64,000 nt of DNA, taken from positions 1 to 64,000 of the IMG/VR virus record IMGVR_UViG_3300020347_000003. One strand, given 5' to 3'. Under the pieces are notes generated by a model. That model saw nothing but the letters and a program-made list of their open reading frames with translations, had not been told where the DNA came from and searched no databases. Below are positions 18,446 to 28,019 of this stretch, in pieces. Every line of letters begins with the position of its first letter. Within the stretch, counting starts at the first letter, position 1. The position numbers were made by a program, and so were the translations under genes. This DNA comes from a virus.

Positions 18446-19303
18446 TTAAAAATCCTGTATATCAGTAAGTAGATTTTTCAATTTCTTTTTCATAAAGTAA
18501 TTGAACAAATGCTCTCGACCAACTTCTTTTTCCTCATCATAAGCAACAAGAATCTGATCTTTGTACTCTTGCGGAATTTGACTGAGATCGATCATCATAC
18601 GATTACGTTCGTAGTTTCTCAATACATCCTCAGGCATATTCTCGCGAGACGAATATTCGTGCAACTTCTTTTTGGTCATTGGTCTTTGTCTTTCACCAAC
18701 AGCCAAACAATTGTCTGCACTTAATACATTTGGAACACCATCACCGGCATCGCCTTTAAGTAAGTGTTCACTAAGGTATTTATCAGGATTATCATTTCTT
18801 ATCCATCGTTTTCGAACCGGATCGTATTGGTCAACGTTGCCATAACCTTGTAATTGAATGTAATCCTTATCACCCGATAGTACCAAGTATTTTTCGGAAC
18901 CAGTATTCAGCACGGTGCCTTCCTTGTGAATGATTGTACCGATGATATCATCAGCCTCACATCGTTCGATGTCAATCACCTTATAGGGAAAGAACTCTCG
19001 TAGTTCGTCTTTGATTTTGTGCAGACACTCAAACAGCGCATTCCAATCAAGGTCAGAAGTGTCTCGATTCTTTTTACGATTTGCCTTGTAATAAGGATAA
19101 TAATCTCGACGCCAGACATTCTTGTTATCTGCGCATATGATGATCTCACCATACTCTGCCGTGAACTTCTTTCGATTCATCCGCAGAGAGTTGAGAAACA
19201 TATGCCGAATTAGATTTTCATCTAGGTCGACGTTGGTGTGGTTACCGATACTAGCGAATAAAGATGCCAGCATCACCTGGTTGTAGTCTACAAGTATTGC
19301 CAT
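18446..19303 (-). CDS. rnh: T4 RNase H / 5'-3' flap exonuclease
   Basis: WRRDYYPYYKANR, EADDIIG, SGDKDY.QL, GDAGDGVPN. Confidence 0.95.
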   Translation of the reverse strand: MAILVDYNQVMLASLFASIGNHTNVDLDENLIRHMFLNSLRMNRKKFTAEYGEIIICADNKNVWRRDYYPYYKANRKKNRDTSDLDWNALFECLHKIKDELREFFPYKVIDIERCEADDIIGTIIHKEGTVLNTGSEKYLVLSGDKDYIQLQGYGNVDQYDPVRKRWIRNDNPDKYLSEHLLKGDAGDGVPNVLSADNCLAVGERQRPMTKKKLHEYSSRENMPEDVLRNYERNRMMIDLSQIPQEYKDQILVAYDEEKEVGREHLFNYFMKKKLKNLLTDIQDF

Positions 19304-19337
19304 AATTAATTACCATTATTTAATCTGAACCACCATT

Positions 19338-19697
19338 TTAATCTATTTCGTCGTCAAAGTCAACCATTTTTTCGTCTATTTCTTCAATGGTGATATGTTC
19401 TATCGCGAAAGTCTGCAATGGGTGTTCAATACCACTGGTCTGCAAGTGTAACGATCTAATTGACTCTAATATCAAAACCATCGATGGATAATAAGAATCC
19501 ATATCCTTTTCGAAATCACACCCAGCCCGGCCGAGTTCATTGATCACATGCTGCCAAAGAATGTCTGCAACATCGGATGCATAACTTTCCTTATACATCC
19601 GAAGGTGCTCTTGTACCTCTTCCATTGACTGGGGTGGAGTATCGATTTTGATGTTCGGAAACTCAATTATATTGTTGTCATTAGACATTCGATTCAT
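19338..19697 (-). CDS. Hypothetical protein
   Basis: NIIEFP N-terminus; ESIRS...HPLQ. Confidence 0.65.
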   Translation of the reverse strand: MNRMSNDNNIIEFPNIKIDTPPQSMEEVQEHLRMYKESYASDVADILWQHVINELGRAGCDFEKDMDSYYPSMVLILESIRSLHLQTSGIEHPLQTFAIEHITIEEIDEKMVDFDDEID

Positions 19698-20649
19698 ACT
19701 CAGCGATTACGTTTGCCAGTGTTGCATCCCAGATGGTCTTGAATGAGCCGATACTGTTACGAGCAAGATTGAACCTATCTGAATAGGTAAACTTAGTAAA
19801 GTATTGATCATCGGCATTGATTACCTGAACCAATTGCTTTGCCACTGAGAAAGCATAATTAGCATGTTCATTGTTATTTTCTCTGAAGTCATACGTAATC
19901 GTAGCGTTTGCACAGGTCTCAGGCAATGCACCAAAATTTGGGTGAATGCAAATTACCTGGCTCTTGATAGCCTCAATGAGAGCGATGCACGACGTTTCCT
20001 TCCAAATATTGGGGTATAAGAAAACATGAGCCTTATCAAGTGCCTCGAGCACTGTAGCGTTATCCACTGCACCGTGATAGGTCATCTGTGGGTGTGACTC
20101 AATCTTCTCAAACAGATCCTTATAAGGCTCGTCACGAGATTCCCAGCCGTAAATACCAAATGATGAATACACATCCAAATGTATATTACTGAACTCTTTG
20201 GCGAGTGCTTCGAACACAGGCACAAGAAGCTCAAGGCCTCGGTGAGGAGTCGTGTGATAAATGAATCTTACAGTTTCCAAATCCTTTTCTTTTGGCGAAT
20301 ACTCTTTCTCTACTGCATTGTGAATCACGATACAGCGTGAATAAGGAATGCCATAACGCAAGATATATTGGTCTCGTTGCCACGCTGATACGAAGACGAG
20401 TCGGTCAAATTTCTGCCAACCACCATCTACCAGTACTCGGTTTTCTGGGTCTTCTGCAAGATCATGACACCACAAGATATTAGGAACATCATCGTACATC
20501 TCGCGGGTTCGTGAAAGGTGAACAGCGACCTTACCCAACAAATCGGGGTTGGCATTATTGACAAGGCGTTGCCTCATCATTTCGGTACCACCATTTGAAT
20601 TTTTAGAAAGCTCGGTATTGATCACCTCACCTTTATAAACCACGCTCAT
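19681..20649 (-). CDS. GT-B (GT4-like) glycosyltransferase
   Basis: GGTE, WCHD, FVS.WQ, YHTTPHRGL, YP..WKETSCIALIEA (EX7E). Confidence 0.88.
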   Translation of the reverse strand: MSVVYKGEVINTELSKNSNGGTEMMRQRLVNNANPDLLGKVAVHLSRTREMYDDVPNILWCHDLAEDPENRVLVDGGWQKFDRLVFVSAWQRDQYILRYGIPYSRCIVIHNAVEKEYSPKEKDLETVRFIYHTTPHRGLELLVPVFEALAKEFSNIHLDVYSSFGIYGWESRDEPYKDLFEKIESHPQMTYHGAVDNATVLEALDKAHVFLYPNIWKETSCIALIEAIKSQVICIHPNFGALPETCANATITYDFRENNNEHANYAFSVAKQLVQVINADDQYFTKFTYSDRFNLARNSIGSFKTIWDATLANVIAEYESNV

Positions 20650-20652
20650 ATT

Positions 20653-20907
20653 TTACTCCACAATTGTAATCGAATTTACATTTTCGACCCGAAAAGAACG
20701 CCAACCATTAGCCTCTAAATCCCAGGCAGCCACGACGGCTTCATTGACCGGCTTGGGTGAGAATTCACCATCCGATGTCACTGGGGTTTCAGGTATTTGG
20801 TCTGCGACTAGGGTACACTTCATTAATCGATTCTCACCATTTACTTTGGTGAAATCAACAATGCATACATTTTCCGACAGGGTTGTTTTCAATTTATCAT
20901 AAGTCAT
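20653..20907 (-). CDS. WYL_2/DUF2693-like SH3-fold protein
   Basis: FTKVNGENRLMKCTL...WDLEANGWRSFR. Confidence 0.8.
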   Translation of the reverse strand: MTYDKLKTTLSENVCIVDFTKVNGENRLMKCTLVADQIPETPVTSDGEFSPKPVNEAVVAAWDLEANGWRSFRVENVNSITIVE

Positions 20908-21590
20908 AATGCTATTTTTTCTCCACGTATAGGATGATCAAATTGGACCTGCGCAAGCCTTTCTATGCATCTCAACCGATATTCAATACTGATTAACGAT
21001 TGGAAGAAATCATGTATCGTACCATTATTATGTATACGATATGTCAAAAGCTTTGCAGGCATATCTAACACGAAATCATTTTCGATTTCGGTTTCATAAT
21101 TGATGACAATTTCACTAGACTCACCAGCAAACTTACCATCAAAATATCTACGAGAATCACCTCTAAAATCACAGCCCTGGCGAGTCAATTGTACGATCGC
21201 CACATTCTCTGCACCTACCTTATCAATGATTGGCTCTAATTCTTCAACGAACCCTCCATCACTGATTACGTAGTTTTTATTCAAGTCTATTTCTTCGGCA
21301 ACCTGTTGACCAAAGTAGTCGTTGCCTTTATTTGGTTTAATAACGGATTCTGAGGTATAAATCATTGCAGTGCGACGAGAATGATTCTTAAGAGCCGGTT
21401 CTTTGGTTTCTTTTTTAGAACGATTATTGTAGCCGTCCATAAACCAAGATTCTTTCACACCAAAATACTTGATCGTCTCTCTGAACAATTGCTTTTTAAA
21501 GCTTAGGTGTTCGAAGTTAAATTGATTGCAGAAGAAGGCTGCAGCCTCGTCTTTACCAGTGCCGGGTGGTCCATTAAAGATCAGTATCAT
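20904..21590 (-). CDS. dNMP kinase (gp1-like)
   Basis: NGPPGTGKD P-loop; VISDGGF..E. Confidence 0.8.
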   Translation of the reverse strand: MILIFNGPPGTGKDEAAAFFCNQFNFEHLSFKKQLFRETIKYFGVKESWFMDGYNNRSKKETKEPALKNHSRRTAMIYTSESVIKPNKGNDYFGQQVAEEIDLNKNYVISDGGFVEELEPIIDKVGAENVAIVQLTRQGCDFRGDSRRYFDGKFAGESSEIVINYETEIENDFVLDMPAKLLTYRIHNNGTIHDFFQSLISIEYRLRCIERLAQVQFDHPIRGEKIAL

Positions 21591-22137
21591 TATGTTTGTT
21601 TTCCTCAAAAAATCCAAATTTTGCTATGTAATAGGCATCAATGATATCACTGATGGGGTTCCAATTCTTAGGGGACATTATATCAAGTCTAGCTCGAATG
21701 TCAACCCCTGTTTCAGCAATAAATGCATCATACATCATTTCTTTACTGGCGTTGCCCTTACCAGTAGCAAATTTCTTAATTACAGTAGGGGCAGGAACCT
21801 CAAATGGAATACCACACAACCATAATCGCTGTTTTAGATAACCACCATTCTCGGCTATATTAAATACACGCCCAACAGCGCCAAATGCGTATCCCTCAAT
21901 ATAAGCATGCGTAACGTCTCCGTAGAAGCAGATGTCAAGGGACCAGGCTGAGAGATTTTCGTATCGTTGTTGGTCACTGTGCCACTCGGGGTAGTCATAT
22001 CCAATGAATTCTTGTCCGTCGAGCTGTTTCTTTTTTCTGAAAAAATGGAATCTACAGTTTTCATATTTCCATTCAGCTCCGGTATGTACACAAATTGCAG
22101 GACTAGTTAAACTGTAGTCCACTCCAGCTATCACCAT
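21574..22137 (-). CDS. RuvC-like Holliday junction resolvase
   Basis: GVDYSLTSP, IEGYAFG, IKKFATGKGNASKE, DIIDAY. Confidence 0.85.
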   Translation of the reverse strand: MVIAGVDYSLTSPAICVHTGAEWKYENCRFHFFRKKKQLDGQEFIGYDYPEWHSDQQRYENLSAWSLDICFYGDVTHAYIEGYAFGAVGRVFNIAENGGYLKQRLWLCGIPFEVPAPTVIKKFATGKGNASKEMMYDAFIAETGVDIRARLDIMSPKNWNPISDIIDAYYIAKFGFFEENKHNDTDL

Positions 22138-22177
22138 AACACTTCTCCATAATCAATAATCATATGGTGATATTTAT

Positions 22178-22702
22178 TCAATCTGCTCTATAGAAAATAT
22201 GCGAACCAATTCGCCCAGTAGAATGAAATGATTTTCTCCAAGATGGCTCCACATAGGTGGCATGATAATGTGTAGCCCCTTCGGTAATACCTCTAAACAA
22301 TTCCTGCTGCAACATTTGACTGGCAATCAGACGAGACTGGTACCAAGAATCCATGTCGGTGGGTGTGTCTTTCTTACCATCACAATACCAACTGAATTGA
22401 CACTTATTGCGAACAGGGACCTCTTTGCCTCGTTCTTCAAGATGCCATTTGCTCAATACGGCTTGGTGTACCACATCACATACGGTGTCAGGATACCGAG
22501 AACTTTCTACACGATTCATCACAACGTCTGACACAGCGTACATTCCAGCCAGATTCTCGCTTCTTGCTTCGTGGTAGATATTCATTGCAAGACAATATTC
22601 GGCTTCTGGAATCGCTGGAAAGATAATAAAGGGTTGTTCTCCTTCATTTGCCAGTGCAAACATGGCTGACACGCTGACTAATAGAGTGATCAAATATTTC
22701 AT
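22178..22702 (-). CDS. SleB/Hydrolase_2 cell wall hydrolase
   Basis: CLAMNIYHEAR, V..VVMNRV, CQFSWYCDG, ATHYHA, IGSHIFY. Confidence 0.92.
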   Translation of the reverse strand: MKYLITLLVSVSAMFALANEGEQPFIIFPAIPEAEYCLAMNIYHEARSENLAGMYAVSDVVMNRVESSRYPDTVCDVVHQAVLSKWHLEERGKEVPVRNKCQFSWYCDGKKDTPTDMDSWYQSRLIASQMLQQELFRGITEGATHYHATYVEPSWRKSFHSTGRIGSHIFYRAD

Positions 22703-22703
22703 A

Positions 22704-23597
22704 TTAAATAGGCCTTCGTTTTAGTACAGTAGTTAAACCTTGGCGTTTCTGGTCTTTCTCAGTTTCTGGTGCATGATCCCAGTCAATGGGTTGTTCATCT
22801 TCTACATCCATTCGCATAATCTGTTCTTCATCAACCAATGGATTCATTGTTTCGCGATCTCTTTTAAACATACCAACAGAAACAACGAGTAACATTATGG
22901 CAAGAGGATCGAATACGACAACAAGCATTATAATGATACCACGTACAGCAGTATCAAACATGTCTTTGGCATCCTCACCATAAACTAGTTCCGCAATGTA
23001 TTTGAGAGGCCCAACCTCTGCCTCAAGAGCGAAGGATTGTTTCTGTAGAGGGATGAGCTCATCTTGGATCTCTTCGATAGTTGTGTACGCAGTGTCGATC
23101 TGAGTGTTGAGAGCTCTCCTTTCCTCTGCCTGCCCTTCACGAACTGCAAGCGAACCCGAGGGCCCTCTGATCCTATCGTACTCAATGAGGGTCTGTACGG
23201 CACCATCGAGCTGAGACAATACAGTTTCTGCATCTTTAATAATAATCTGTTGACGATTAATCCTGCGTTCAAAGTTTTGTATTTGAAGCTCATTATTACC
23301 TCCCTGCAGAATAGTTTGATCAACGTGAGCCTTTGAAAGATAGCCAAAAATGCCCATGCTTGTGATAAACATGAGTACCAGAATTGATGTCATAAAATAT
23401 GTTTTAACTAGAAATGTAACTCGATCCCACTCATGGTGTAGCCATGCTGCTGATACAAGTTTACCAACTTCTAAAATACCAGCCATGACAACGACTGATA
23501 AAAAGGCTCCAGAAAAAATGGTAGCCAAACCTACAATTGAGAAGTAGGCTGCCACCGATGCGATTGCGATTGACGTTGTAAGTGTTAAGTACTTCAA
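22704..23597 (-). CDS. Multi-pass membrane protein with coiled coil
   Basis: Three N-terminal TM helices (LEVGK, TSMGIFGYLSKAH), coiled coil, EVGPLKY, VFDPLA. Confidence 0.75.
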   Translation of the reverse strand: MKYLTLTTSIAIASVAAYFSIVGLATIFSGAFLSVVVMAGILEVGKLVSAAWLHHEWDRVTFLVKTYFMTSILVLMFITSMGIFGYLSKAHVDQTILQGGNNELQIQNFERRINRQQIIIKDAETVLSQLDGAVQTLIEYDRIRGPSGSLAVREGQAEERRALNTQIDTAYTTIEEIQDELIPLQKQSFALEAEVGPLKYIAELVYGEDAKDMFDTAVRGIIIMLVVVFDPLAIMLLVVSVGMFKRDRETMNPLVDEEQIMRMDVEDEQPIDWDHAPETEKDQKRQGLTTVLKRRPI

Positions 23598-23614
23598 ATG
23601 AAGATCCTTTAATC

Positions 23615-24064
23615 TTAACGACCCATCCTAGATATTTCGGTTGCCTGTTCTTTATTAATAATGGGCACAGCATTGGATTTGTGCATAGTGCTGATTCCTT
23701 TTACTAAGGTACCCGTATATCTTTGGGGTTCTTTTCTGGGCGTTGGGTTTGTTCCTCTTTGACCTGAAGACGCATTAGGTCGTTTCTTCGTAGGGCTTGC
23801 CGATGGGTAATTTGGCGTTGGGCGCGTATACGGCTCATGTTGCGTCTCATAAGGTTTAAATTCCTTTTTAATTTTTACATTTCCGTAGACATAATCTATA
23901 TATTCAGCGAAGGTTCTTTGGTCGCGATGCATATGATTCTGGCGTAGACGTTTATTGTCCTTAAGCCACTCTTTTTCGAGTTCGTTAAGTTTGGCCTTGG
24001 TGATTTTAGGTTTGGGCTTCTTCGTGTTCAGTGACGAATAGCCCTTCAATAGATGCATTGTCAT
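23615..24064 (-). CDS. Basic conserved hypothetical protein
   Basis: C-terminal YTG..VKGISTMHKSNAVPI typical of T4-like phages. Confidence 0.7.
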   Translation of the reverse strand: MTMHLLKGYSSLNTKKPKPKITKAKLNELEKEWLKDNKRLRQNHMHRDQRTFAEYIDYVYGNVKIKKEFKPYETQHEPYTRPTPNYPSASPTKKRPNASSGQRGTNPTPRKEPQRYTGTLVKGISTMHKSNAVPIINKEQATEISRMGR

Positions 24065-24079
24065 AATAAATTACCTAAG

Positions 24080-24163
24080 TGGTGGAGAGGGGTGGATTCG
24101 AACCACCGAAGCTTTCGCGTCAGATTTACAGTCTGATGGGTTTAACCACTCCCCAACCTCTCC
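24080..24163 (-). tRNA. tRNA-Tyr(GTA) with encoded CCA
   Basis: GGAGAGG acceptor, GAGTGG D-loop, TCAGA-CTGTAAA-TCTGA anticodon arm, long variable arm, GGTTCGAATCC T arm, ACCA end. Confidence 0.95.
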
Positions 24164-24228
24164 AAAAAGAACCCCAGCGCAGTGATGCCTCCTCATCCGT
24201 CGATGGGCCGGTCAACAGTGATAGGGTT

Positions 24229-24402
24229 CTAAAACATAGAAATCCTCTTTTCTAAAATTTCGATCTCGGCGTCCTTGCGGGCCTGCCACTTCTCTTGTGT
24301 ACGGGCAACACCTTTTGCGTTGACCTTTTCAAAGAATTTAGACTCTTTGAGTCTGGCCAATGCACCTTCACGGCGCGTACGAATTACAAATCTACCTCTC
24401 AT
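24229..24402 (-). CDS. Small basic hypothetical protein (57 aa)
   Basis: Manually read MRGRFVIRTRREGALARLK...; AAGGAG RBS. Confidence 0.55.
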   Translation of the reverse strand: MRGRFVIRTRREGALARLKESKFFEKVNAKGVARTQEKWQARKDAEIEILEKRISMF

Positions 24403-24590
24403 AACTTCTCCTTTGTTAAGGTGTCTCTGATCTCAATAATCGTATTTTTCAATATGTCATGATGTACACGATCTTCGTCTATGATAACGATTCTATCACT
24501 AGCAGGATTGTTGAAAGCGGCTAGCATACTACCGACAACCTCGTAGACTACTTCTTTCTTTTTCCAGTGGTGATAAGTTACATGAACCAT
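24399..24590 (-). CDS. Small hypothetical protein
   Basis: 63 aa; coupled to the next ORF. Confidence 0.55.
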   Translation of the reverse strand: MVHVTYHHWKKKEVVYEVVGSMLAAFNNPASDRIVIIDEDRVHHDILKNTIIEIRDTLTKEKL

Positions 24591-24701
24591 ATTGGTACCT
24601 TAAATTAGAGAGAGAGCCGAGTCTTATTTGGCCGTTTTCGGGGTATATGGCAGGCTCACCACTCGGCATCTCTCGCCCCCTTGTTCGCAAATTAGAATGT
24701 A

Positions 24702-24730
24702 ATTATAACATGACTAGTTCAAATTGTCAA
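24702..24730 (-). promoter_or_regulatory. sigma70-type promoter for the tRNA region
   Basis: TTGACA-N17-TATAAT. Confidence 0.8.
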
Positions 24731-24737
24731 CAACTAT

Positions 24738-25178
24738 TTAAAGAAATTCTGCTTCGACACCCGATTCAACAAACAGATTAAGTGACTTGGAGAAAGCAGC
24801 AACCCATTTTTCTGGTATGTCAGTCTCAGTAGACATCACGACCCTTTTAATACCAACTTGAATGATGCCTCTTGCACAATCATTACAGACAGGTAATCCC
24901 CAAACATATATCGTAGAATCCCTCAATGGAGTTCCGTTATATGTTGCATTATATATTGCATTCATTTCCGCATGAATGACATGATCGTACTTAGTTGGCT
25001 TATCAGCGTATCGTTCGGGTGAATCCTCAATACCTTTAGGAAACCCGTTGTAACCAGTAGCGAGGATTCTGCGATCGTCGTTAACAATTACTGCTCCAAT
25101 TTTTGTACTTGGATCCTTAGACCAGGTAGAGATCTCTCGAGCAAGGCTCACAAATCTCTTGTCCCACTTAGTAGACAT
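24738..25178 (-). CDS. cd: dCMP deaminase
   Basis: SKDPSTKIGA, GYNGFP, HAEMNA, PVCNDC. Confidence 0.93.
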   Translation of the reverse strand: MSTKWDKRFVSLAREISTWSKDPSTKIGAVIVNDDRRILATGYNGFPKGIEDSPERYADKPTKYDHVIHAEMNAIYNATYNGTPLRDSTIYVWGLPVCNDCARGIIQVGIKRVVMSTETDIPEKWVAAFSKSLNLFVESGVEAEFL

Positions 25179-25440
25179 AATCTTTTTTACCCTTAATTTG
25201 CCACTTCTCGGTGACTGGGTTACCGTGTTCATCTTCGTCGACGACAATGTAAGCCACAGTCTTTTTTACCAGAGCATATCTCCAGCCAGTCATACCACAA
25301 ACGCCCTTACCACCGACCCAAACCTTGTGTGGGTAATCATTGAATTGTGACTCTTCGTTTTTAGAGAATTCAAACATATTACCAACATCTTTCTCAGTGA
25401 AAACGCCGATTGGGTCCTTGGTGTAAGTGTAATATCCCAT
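25168..25440 (-). CDS. Hypothetical protein
   Basis: 90 aa; KKTVAYIVVDEDEHG. Confidence 0.65.
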   Translation of the reverse strand: MGYYTYTKDPIGVFTEKDVGNMFEFSKNEESQFNDYPHKVWVGGKGVCGMTGWRYALVKKTVAYIVVDEDEHGNPVTEKWQIKGKKDYVY

Positions 25441-25441
25441 A

Positions 25442-25627
25442 TTAAGAAACCTTTAAGAAACAGTGAGCTGCATTAGAAAAGAAAGAACCAACTTCATCAA
25501 AACCATACAAGACAGCACCATCTAAGGGATCAGTACCCTTGGGGTATTCGACCAGATCAAATCCAGCAGGGATGGAACCACGGAAAGTGTTCATGTTGAT
25601 TTCAATAATTTCAGTATTCATATTCAA
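25442..25627 (-). CDS. Small hypothetical protein
   Basis: First ORF after the promoter. Confidence 0.55.
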   Translation of the reverse strand: MNMNTEIIEINMNTFRGSIPAGFDLVEYPKGTDPLDGAVLYGFDEVGSFFSNAAHCFLKVS

Positions 25628-25651
25628 TTCCTTATCTCAATTTATGTGTAT

Positions 25652-25680
25652 ATTATAGGCTACTTTACGCCTGCTGTCAA
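25652..25680 (-). promoter_or_regulatory. sigma70-type early promoter
   Basis: TTGACA-N17-TATAAT; motif TAGAATATTTTGGAATA at 25710. Confidence 0.85.
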
Positions 25681-25736
25681 CACTTTTTTTGAAAATAAAT
25701 CAAATTTTTTAGAATATTTTGGAATAAGGACCGAAC

Positions 25737-26699
25737 TTATATGATTTCTGGGTTATAAGGCAAGAAGAACCTAGATAGCTCCTCGTCTTCCAGCAATAGA
25801 TCCGGCAAATTGTCTGTTGGGTAATGCTTCAGAAACTGGTTAGTATTACCATTGAGGGCTGGGTTTCCTGCCTGAGGTGTCATTTCCTCTAGCCAGTTCT
25901 GATACTTTTTGTCTTGGAATCCACCCTCGTAACCCATTTCTTTGAAGTTATCGTGAGCATGAGCAAATGACGTAGCCTTTGCCTTTCGAGTATTCTTGTT
26001 ACCCATCCATGCAAAATGCCAACCCATTTCGGGGATACCTTTACCATGCGATCGGGGCCACACGGTCTTATAGTTTACATTGCCACATCGAATATTACTT
26101 ACGCTTGACTTGGAAAGTTGAGCCTTGGTCGCAAAGAATGTAGAACGATCCCAAGGAAACCATGCACCATTCTCACCCCGACTGATATCCCATACTCTCA
26201 GATCAGCCCTACCTTGTAAAAAGACCAATGGTATTTTGACCACGATATTATTTCTTGCTGCTTGGTTGATTGTGTTGGCGACCCACTTGATATGGATCGG
26301 ATTGATGATTTCGTCGGCATCACCATAAATGAACACATCGTCATCATTGAACATGTGCAAGGCCTGCAGGACACCATCTTTCTGAAGTCTTTCACGAATC
26401 CGAGCTCTGACCGAATCAGGGTTTGATGCATTCACACCTGCATTATTGATATCAACTTCCAATGGCTCGAGCCACTCTGAATCATTAATGTGCTGTGGTA
26501 TGTAGATAATTTTATCCATCGGAAGCTTCAGCTCATTTGCGATTTCTTCAAATCTAAATGGTACTGGTTTTCCACTGTGTGTCTTATTGGATTCTACAAT
26601 GACAAATTTATCAACTATGTCCTTGTATAGATTTACTCTCAGCTTTAAGAGTTCTTTGCCGGTTGGAGCGAAGAATGGAAATGAATCAATTATTTGCAT
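25737..26699 (-). CDS. Glycosyltransferase family 17-like
   Basis: IIDSFPFF...ELL.LR...VDKFVIVESNKTHSG, RE..Q, GDADEI, GWHFAWMG. Confidence 0.85.
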   Translation of the reverse strand: MQIIDSFPFFAPTGKELLKLRVNLYKDIVDKFVIVESNKTHSGKPVPFRFEEIANELKLPMDKIIYIPQHINDSEWLEPLEVDINNAGVNASNPDSVRARIRERLQKDGVLQALHMFNDDDVFIYGDADEIINPIHIKWVANTINQAARNNIVVKIPLVFLQGRADLRVWDISRGENGAWFPWDRSTFFATKAQLSKSSVSNIRCGNVNYKTVWPRSHGKGIPEMGWHFAWMGNKNTRKAKATSFAHAHDNFKEMGYEGGFQDKKYQNWLEEMTPQAGNPALNGNTNQFLKHYPTDNLPDLLLEDEELSRFFLPYNPEII

Positions 26700-27265
26700 C
26701 GTTCGAGTACTGTCAGCCCATTGTTATTAGTGTAATGCTTTTTGAATCTCCAGTGAGGATTATCAATCATAAAATCAATAATTGCTGGAAGTAGACCTTC
26801 ACCTGCAATTGGCTTCTTTGGATACTGACCATCCATTCTTTCATCACGAGTACCGAATGTTTGTGTATCATGGAATGCAAGATATTTCTGAGCCTTATTG
26901 CCGTGAAGCCTAAGCTCTTGTCGAAGCTGACCATTGGTGTGCAGAGTGTCAATGAATAATAAATCGACCTCGGGTATTTCAATCTTAAGTACATCAGCCT
27001 CGATGTACGCGACATCTCTACCATAGCCTTCTGACAAAAGCTTAAACATTTCAACAAGTCTTTGGTTTAATACGATATCATAGCATGTTAATTTAGCCTC
27101 AGTGTTCATAAAGGCCCGTGTACTCATACCTGACCGAACACCCATTTCAATAATCGTATCACACTCCCGACCCAGTTCGAGTAGAGTAGGGATATGTTCA
27201 TTGATATCCGTTGGTGCATTTCGAGCAAAATTCAAAGCATTTTCTAAGAATACATCAAGACTCAT
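26690..27265 (-). CDS. SAM methyltransferase (Methyltransf_24-like)
   Basis: IEMGVRSGMST, DLLFIDTLH, FHDT, NNNGLTVL. Confidence 0.85.
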   Translation of the reverse strand: MSLDVFLENALNFARNAPTDINEHIPTLLELGRECDTIIEMGVRSGMSTRAFMNTEAKLTCYDIVLNQRLVEMFKLLSEGYGRDVAYIEADVLKIEIPEVDLLFIDTLHTNGQLRQELRLHGNKAQKYLAFHDTQTFGTRDERMDGQYPKKPIAGEGLLPAIIDFMIDNPHWRFKKHYTNNNGLTVLERCK

Positions 27266-28019
27266 GATTAATCTCCGTGTTTATTCTTTGTCTCTTTCTA
27301 AGGTTTATCAGTTCTCTGACTTGTTTATCATCTCTCTGATCTGCCGAGGGCAGGAAGTTTGCCTTGAGGTTTACCATCGGGGTGTTGTCGTTAACTAGAT
27401 AGTACATGGCCAGACTATATCTGTCATTTTGACTCACGTTAGCTAACCCATGATAGCTGTTTTCGGAGTTTTCAAATATCATACAAGTATTATACTCTGG
27501 GTTTACTACCTTGTTGGGTTCTTCGCATGCCGATGCACGGTCTTTATCCCACAGCCCCAGTTGACCTCCATCGGTTATTTGCCAATCTTTGTTAAGATAG
27601 ACCAGTACACTGATTTTACGCCTGTATTTTAACTTAGGGTGGTGACTATAATCAATGTGTGGATTCAATTTACCACCCGGTGGGTAATAATGCAACCCAC
27701 CACCATGAAGTCCCACATCAGGTTCTAACCCAGGTATCTCTAAGGTTTCAATCAGATAATCCGTGAATACTCTACTCGTTAGATACGTAAAAGCCTGATA
27801 TAACTTACTATCAAATTTATCCCATATGTTCATAGTCTTTTTGTACTCTATGGGATTGTTATAATAGCCGTTCCACTTGTGAGAATTCGGCACAGGCAAT
27901 TCATCGTGTAATTCCTGGCAGAAGTCAGAATCCCAAAAATTTTCCAAACATGCATGTGGAAAGGGATCTGCCTGCCAGAAATTGCTCAGATTTGACCTGT
28001 GCTTTTGGAGATCGATCAT
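27255..28019 (-). CDS. 2OG-Fe(II) oxygenase
   Basis: PFPH, GGGLH, HID, LVYLN..W...GG.L, SYHG, R.SL. Confidence 0.9.
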   Translation of the reverse strand: MIDLQKHRSNLSNFWQADPFPHACLENFWDSDFCQELHDELPVPNSHKWNGYYNNPIEYKKTMNIWDKFDSKLYQAFTYLTSRVFTDYLIETLEIPGLEPDVGLHGGGLHYYPPGGKLNPHIDYSHHPKLKYRRKISVLVYLNKDWQITDGGQLGLWDKDRASACEEPNKVVNPEYNTCMIFENSENSYHGLANVSQNDRYSLAMYYLVNDNTPMVNLKANFLPSADQRDDKQVRELINLRKRQRINTEINHES

